Part shown: positions 60,124-64,000 of the stretch, in pieces
Position numbering within the stretch: position 1 is the first letter of the stretch
Layout: each line of letters begins with the position of its first letter
Assembly: GCA_041736175.1 (NCBI GenBank)
Contig: JBGSUI010000240.1
Location: 48,415 to 112,414, forward strand
Direction: 5' to 3'
Source: Oligoflexales bacterium
GTDB taxonomy: Bacteria > Bdellovibrionota_B > Oligoflexia > Oligoflexales > CAIYRB01
Length of the DNA: 64,000 nt
Translations under genes and position numbers: made by a program
Notes under the pieces: model-generated
Databases searched by the model: none
Told to the model about the DNA's origin: nothing
Seen by the model: the letters and a program-made list of their open reading frames with translations, nothing else

Positions 60124-61335
60124 ATGTCCTACAAAGAGATCTTCAATAAAATAGTAGTTTTACCAGCCTGCTTGACATGGTTGGCGATGGGTTCGCCTGC
60201 CATAGCCGGGACCATTTCGAGCGGCGGCGGTTTTATTTTCGGAAACCAAATCAATCCGTGGTTTCTCGAAAATGTGTCCCAAGTCGGTTACTGCTTAGAT
60301 ATCGACGAGCCCCATTTTGGTGTTGGAGCTGCCAAAGCTCGTGAGCTTATTGGGACTGTGCTTAATGATTGGAAAAGCATGTTAGCCAAACATCCCGAAA
60401 TGTACGGGCCTGATCTGCAACCTTATGGCGCCATTCGATTAGGAACGCAGACCTTTGTGGAAGAGCCATGCAGCCCGACTACCGACCTTCGCTTCCAGTT
60501 TGGGACTCTTACCCAAGGTCAGATTGAAACCTATGGGATCTATCCTCAAAAGACAGTCGCAGTGACGGTCCAAACCCATTACGACAACGTAAATTTGCGA
60601 GGAAAAGGCTTTATCTACATTGGACCACAGCAAGGTCCGCTGCATTTTAGTAGCGACTCTACCGTGGAAAACCCATGGTCTTACGGCAGTGAACGTCTTT
60701 TGCGCATGGTGCTCACCCACGAGCTGGGGCACATTTTTGGTTTAGTCCATGAGGGAGGTGCTTTCGATCTCATGGGCGAACAGTTTGTCGATTCCATAAC
60801 GCAAAAGAGTATTGTCAAGTATCTTGAAGAAAATGGTGATTGGTCAACAAGCGACACCTTTTTTGCGCGCATAAAAAATATTTTCGCTGCGTCAGACAAC
60901 TTTGAGCTCGTAAGATGTGACTCGCCGCTATCATATTCAGATTTTGCCCAGTATTTACGGGTCCCAAACCAAACACCATGCATCAAAGCTGAAATACGCG
61001 ATAAAGCTAACCTCTACCTTTATCGAGCTGCGAGCAAAGAAGGCCCCTTTATTGAAATCGGACATTCCCTTGCTAAATTTGGCAGTTTCTCGACATATGG
61101 TTCGACTCTAGTCTCGTTAAAACTTAATCCACACCAACAAGTTTTCACCAAATTTCCACAAGACGATTTTTCTTTAGGTGGTCCTACACGGGATAAGCGG
61201 CAAATAGAAAATGCTCATTTCGTCTTTACTGACGGATCGGGGAAGGCGATTACCTACACGATATCACCCGGCAATGGCCTCGACATCATTGGAGCGGTTG
61301 ATGGTCGAGTTTTCTTTTACGACGCAACCCTATAA
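60124..61335 (+). CDS. Secreted zinc metalloprotease (metzincin-like), copy 3
   Basis: Signal peptide; NPWFLEN; YDNVNLRGKGFIYI; full HELGHIFGLVH; DLM Met-turn-like segment. Confidence 0.85.
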   Translation: MSYKEIFNKIVVLPACLTWLAMGSPAIAGTISSGGGFIFGNQINPWFLENVSQVGYCLDIDEPHFGVGAAKARELIGTVLNDWKSMLAKHPEMYGPDLQPYGAIRLGTQTFVEEPCSPTTDLRFQFGTLTQGQIETYGIYPQKTVAVTVQTHYDNVNLRGKGFIYIGPQQGPLHFSSDSTVENPWSYGSERLLRMVLTHELGHIFGLVHEGGAFDLMGEQFVDSITQKSIVKYLEENGDWSTSDTFFARIKNIFAASDNFELVRCDSPLSYSDFAQYLRVPNQTPCIKAEIRDKANLYLYRAASKEGPFIEIGHSLAKFGSFSTYGSTLVSLKLNPHQQVFTKFPQDDFSLGGPTRDKRQIENAHFVFTDGSGKAITYTISPGNGLDIIGAVDGRVFFYDATL

Positions 61336-61578
61336 CGGCACAGCGACAGCTCCGCCAATCCCAGATCGCAAGCAGCGCCTGGCTCAGCTTAACAAGGCCC
61401 TCGCTGGCCATGATGAGGTGACAGCACTCTTTTAGCCCCTGAAAAAGAGCTTTTCAAAGTAGACCTTTTCCTTTATTGTTCTGGACCATCGAGCTTAATG
61501 CATTTAAATCGAATGATTCAACCTTTGTTTATCTTGATGGCAAGTCGCTATATTTTACGGCATGTCGAGGAATCTAAA

Positions 61579-62097
61579 ATGCAAACAGTCTACCAACTGT
61601 GTGAGTGTAGAAGTGGGAAAAAGTTTAAATTTTGTTGCAAAGATAAAAATTTTGTCTATTCACTGAGGGTTCATCACTCAGCATTTGAAGACTTTTATGG
61701 TGTTGTTAAAATTCCCGGTACCAGCAGTTTGCATAGTCTTCACGTAGCGATCCAAGCCGTTTTCCGCTGGGATGATGATCATATGTATCTCTTCCATTTG
61801 AGAGGAGAAGAATATCAATCGAGTCCGCTTGGAGATGCTGACACTGAAATTGAAATCAAAAAGCTTGATTTAAAAGTAGGAATGAAATTTGACTATTTGT
61901 TTGACTTTGGTGACAATCACGAATTTGTCATTGAGGTGCTTGGAGCTGAGGATTTCAAGGCTGATCAATTTGGTGCGAAGCCTTTTCAAATGACTCGGCA
62001 CGGAATTGTCCCAAACCAATACGGAGATGATGACTCAAGCGATGACGACGATGTTGATTTCGATGCGGATGAGTCAGACATGAGCGGTGAAAGGTAG
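61579..62097 (+). CDS. SEC-C motif plus pRiA4b ORF-3 (TnpR-like) family protein
   Basis: CECRSGKKFKFCC; LHVAIQAVFRWDDDHMYLF; YLFDFGD. Confidence 0.85.
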   Translation: MQTVYQLCECRSGKKFKFCCKDKNFVYSLRVHHSAFEDFYGVVKIPGTSSLHSLHVAIQAVFRWDDDHMYLFHLRGEEYQSSPLGDADTEIEIKKLDLKVGMKFDYLFDFGDNHEFVIEVLGAEDFKADQFGAKPFQMTRHGIVPNQYGDDDSSDDDDVDFDADESDMSGER

Positions 62098-62107
62098 GTA
62101 GAATTTT

Positions 62108-62398
62108 ATGGCAGGCGTTAAACAGACCGTAGCAAATTTGACGGTCCGACAAAAGGAATACGTTGATTTTGTTGGAAAATTTTGGTCAAAAAAGGGCTAT
62201 GGACCGTCAGAGACGGATATTGCCCAGCGTTTCTTAGTCTCCCAATCAGCGGTACACTCCATGATCGTGAGGCTTTGTGAAAGGGGCGCCTTGATCCGGG
62301 ATGAAGGGATCAATCGGTCCTTAAGACAGCCCCATCACTCTGGAAAAGCGACGAGGCCACCTCCAGGGTCTTGGGTATTCACAGGTCATAGCCTATAG
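62108..62398 (+). CDS. Small LexA-N-like winged-helix DNA-binding protein
   Basis: LTVRQKEYVDFV...GYGPSETDIAQRF.VS..AVHSMIVRLCERG. Confidence 0.75.
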   Translation: MAGVKQTVANLTVRQKEYVDFVGKFWSKKGYGPSETDIAQRFLVSQSAVHSMIVRLCERGALIRDEGINRSLRQPHHSGKATRPPPGSWVFTGHSL

Positions 62399-62513
62399 AA
62401 CTGTTTTAATAACAAAGCCAGAAGCTTGAGATAAACAGTTCTTAGTTTTAAGACACTAAAAGTGAGTTTGCTAAGTTAAGCTATATCCCTAACGAAAATG
62501 CAAAAAAATACAC

Positions 62514-62596
62514 CGGTCAACACGGGCGGTCACGCGTTCTGCGAGAGCGACTCGGTTGGAAACTTGTTTGTGTTTTTTTTTCGAGCTGTTAATTTT
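62514..62596 (-). pseudogene. Internal fragment of a TIGR02147 copy-3 allele
   Basis: Aligns with 55186-55268 (cacgggcggtcacgcgtt..gcgactcggttgga..ctgttaatttt). Confidence 0.85.
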
Positions 62597-62599
62597 GGC

Positions 62600-62770
62600 T
62601 TTGACCCCACCGACGTCCAGAGACTTTCGTCCCGGGACCAAACCTCGCGGCGAACGGTCCTTGGAATTGTCGGCCTGGATTTTTTCGCAATGGGCTCCAC
62701 CCCTGGAGTCACCGAGTTTGGGACCACGGGCTTCGGACGTCCATCGCCCCGGGACGAACTGGCGCTAAAA
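62600..62770 (-). pseudogene. Fragment resembling the pre-HNH region of HNH endonucleases
   Basis: SRPTIPRTVRREVWSRD. Confidence 0.5.
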
Positions 62771-63007
62771 CAATTCTTGGAATTTTTCAGAAAAATCTTG
62801 ACGGGTTTTGGGGCTTACAAAACAGGTCCTATAATAACCTTTGCTACGAATTTTCAGATTTTTCCCGCTCAGATCGAGTCAAGCCGCCCCATAAACATAT
62901 TTGCGGCTTTGAATCTCGTTTTAAGAAAAGACCGCAGAAAACCCTCTCCAGGATTCTTGCCGGCATACCAATGGGATTCTTGGAATCTAGAAACTCGGGA
63001 TTTTCAC

Positions 63008-63035
63008 TAAAGCTATTTTTCAAAAATGCCGATAA
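63008..63035 (+). promoter_or_regulatory. FliA/sigma28-like promoter
   Basis: TAAAG-N15-GCCGATAA upstream of the toxin gene. Confidence 0.55.
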
Positions 63036-63130
63036 TGATGTTTACTAGTAATTAATGCTAGTATATAGATCGAAAGGGAAGAATTAGATGGTCAGGGCAA
63101 TACACCTATGAGCACAGGTGGGTACAAGGG

Positions 63131-63514
63131 TTGAATTTTGTAGAACCTATTGAATTTTATGATGATTGGGAGAATTTAGGGCTTGATGATACAGACTTGT
63201 GGCTATTGCAAATAAGACTCATGGAAGCTCCGGAAGCGGGTGACCTCATCAAAGGTACGGGCGGAGCTAGAAAATTGAGATTTGAAAGGCCAAGATCTAG
63301 CAGAGGAAAAAGAGGCGGGGCACGTGTTATTTATGTCTATTTGAGTGACCGTAATGCAATTGTCCTCCTCTTAGCATACGGTAAAAATGTGAAATCAGAT
63401 ATTACGGCGGGCGAAAAAAAGACGCTCAAAACTATTATAGCCGACATTAAAAGAGTAATACCATTAAAAGGTAGCCGATCAGGAGAAAAATATGGGAAAA
63501 AAAGAGACATCTAA
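63131..63514 (+). CDS. RelE/ParE (HigB-2 type) toxin
   Basis: PEAGDLIKGTGGARKLRF...GKRGGARVIY...LLAYGKNVKSDIT. Confidence 0.9.
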   Translation: MNFVEPIEFYDDWENLGLDDTDLWLLQIRLMEAPEAGDLIKGTGGARKLRFERPRSSRGKRGGARVIYVYLSDRNAIVLLLAYGKNVKSDITAGEKKTLKTIIADIKRVIPLKGSRSGEKYGKKRDI

Positions 63515-63836
63515 AACCTTTGGTGAAAAGTTGATTATGCGGGCAGAAGCTGTTCGTGACTACTATCACAATAAAGACGAGAGTCATGTGCGCGTACGCA
63601 CTATGAAAAAAGTTGAATTTATTGCGCACAAATCCTATTCTGCCAAACAAATAAAATCCATTAGGGAGGCTACAGGTCTTACACAGCAAAACCTTGCCGA
63701 ACTAATGTCGACTAGTGTTGACACCGTGCGCAAGTGGGAGCAGAACTGCTCATCACCGAGTGGCCCAGCCCTTCGGTTGCTTCAGATGCTGGAAAAACAA
63801 GGGGTCCCTGATGTGTTGATTGCAGAGAGAGCTTAG
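63492..63836 (+). CDS. XRE-HTH antitoxin (HigA-2 type)
   Basis: IKSIREATGLTQQNLA...TVRKWEQ..SPSGPALRLL; follows the toxin. Confidence 0.9.
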   Translation: MGKKETSKTFGEKLIMRAEAVRDYYHNKDESHVRVRTMKKVEFIAHKSYSAKQIKSIREATGLTQQNLAELMSTSVDTVRKWEQNCSSPSGPALRLLQMLEKQGVPDVLIAERA

Positions 63837-64000
63837 TCATTCACACCCACAACAGACACCAAATACTTAGATCTTGCAAAGAATTGAACAAAAAGGATCA
63901 AAAAACAAAGTTTTCTAGCATAAATTAATATATAAAAGCCCTACAATGGCGTCCGACAACCACTAAATCTCGATACAATACTATGCCGCAGATTTTTTGA

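Noticed and set aside
1..64000. CRISPR array, integron, DGR/retron, tRNA or rRNA
   Set aside because: No regularly spaced repeats, cas, intI, reverse transcriptase or RNA-gene signatures were seen by eye.

Overview
Bacterial chromosomal window with no rRNA, tRNA or CRISPR. Three TIGR02147-type regulators, a mosaic fibre adhesin and many orphan lipoproteins point to Bdellovibrionota/Oligoflexia (inference). Ordinary content: a beta-oxidation operon, cholesterol-oxidase/FMO/esterase genes, glutathione peroxidase, SDR, histidine kinase, Hsp20 and pyruvate kinase. Unusual content: (1) a module present three times, in which a TIGR02147-like HTH regulator sits divergent from a secreted zinc metalloprotease of one shared family; the third copy was duplicated and decayed reciprocally. 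(2) An 8-gene operon joining two SBP-OmpA fusions, a vWA protein, an XpaC-like/TelA pair and a urea/guanidine-type ABC transporter. (3) Five toxin-antitoxin-like loci, two with broken toxins. (4) Several intergenic patchworks of short fragments from unrelated genes, including diverged second alleles of neighbouring genes. All family assignments come from motif recognition by eye; no searches were run.
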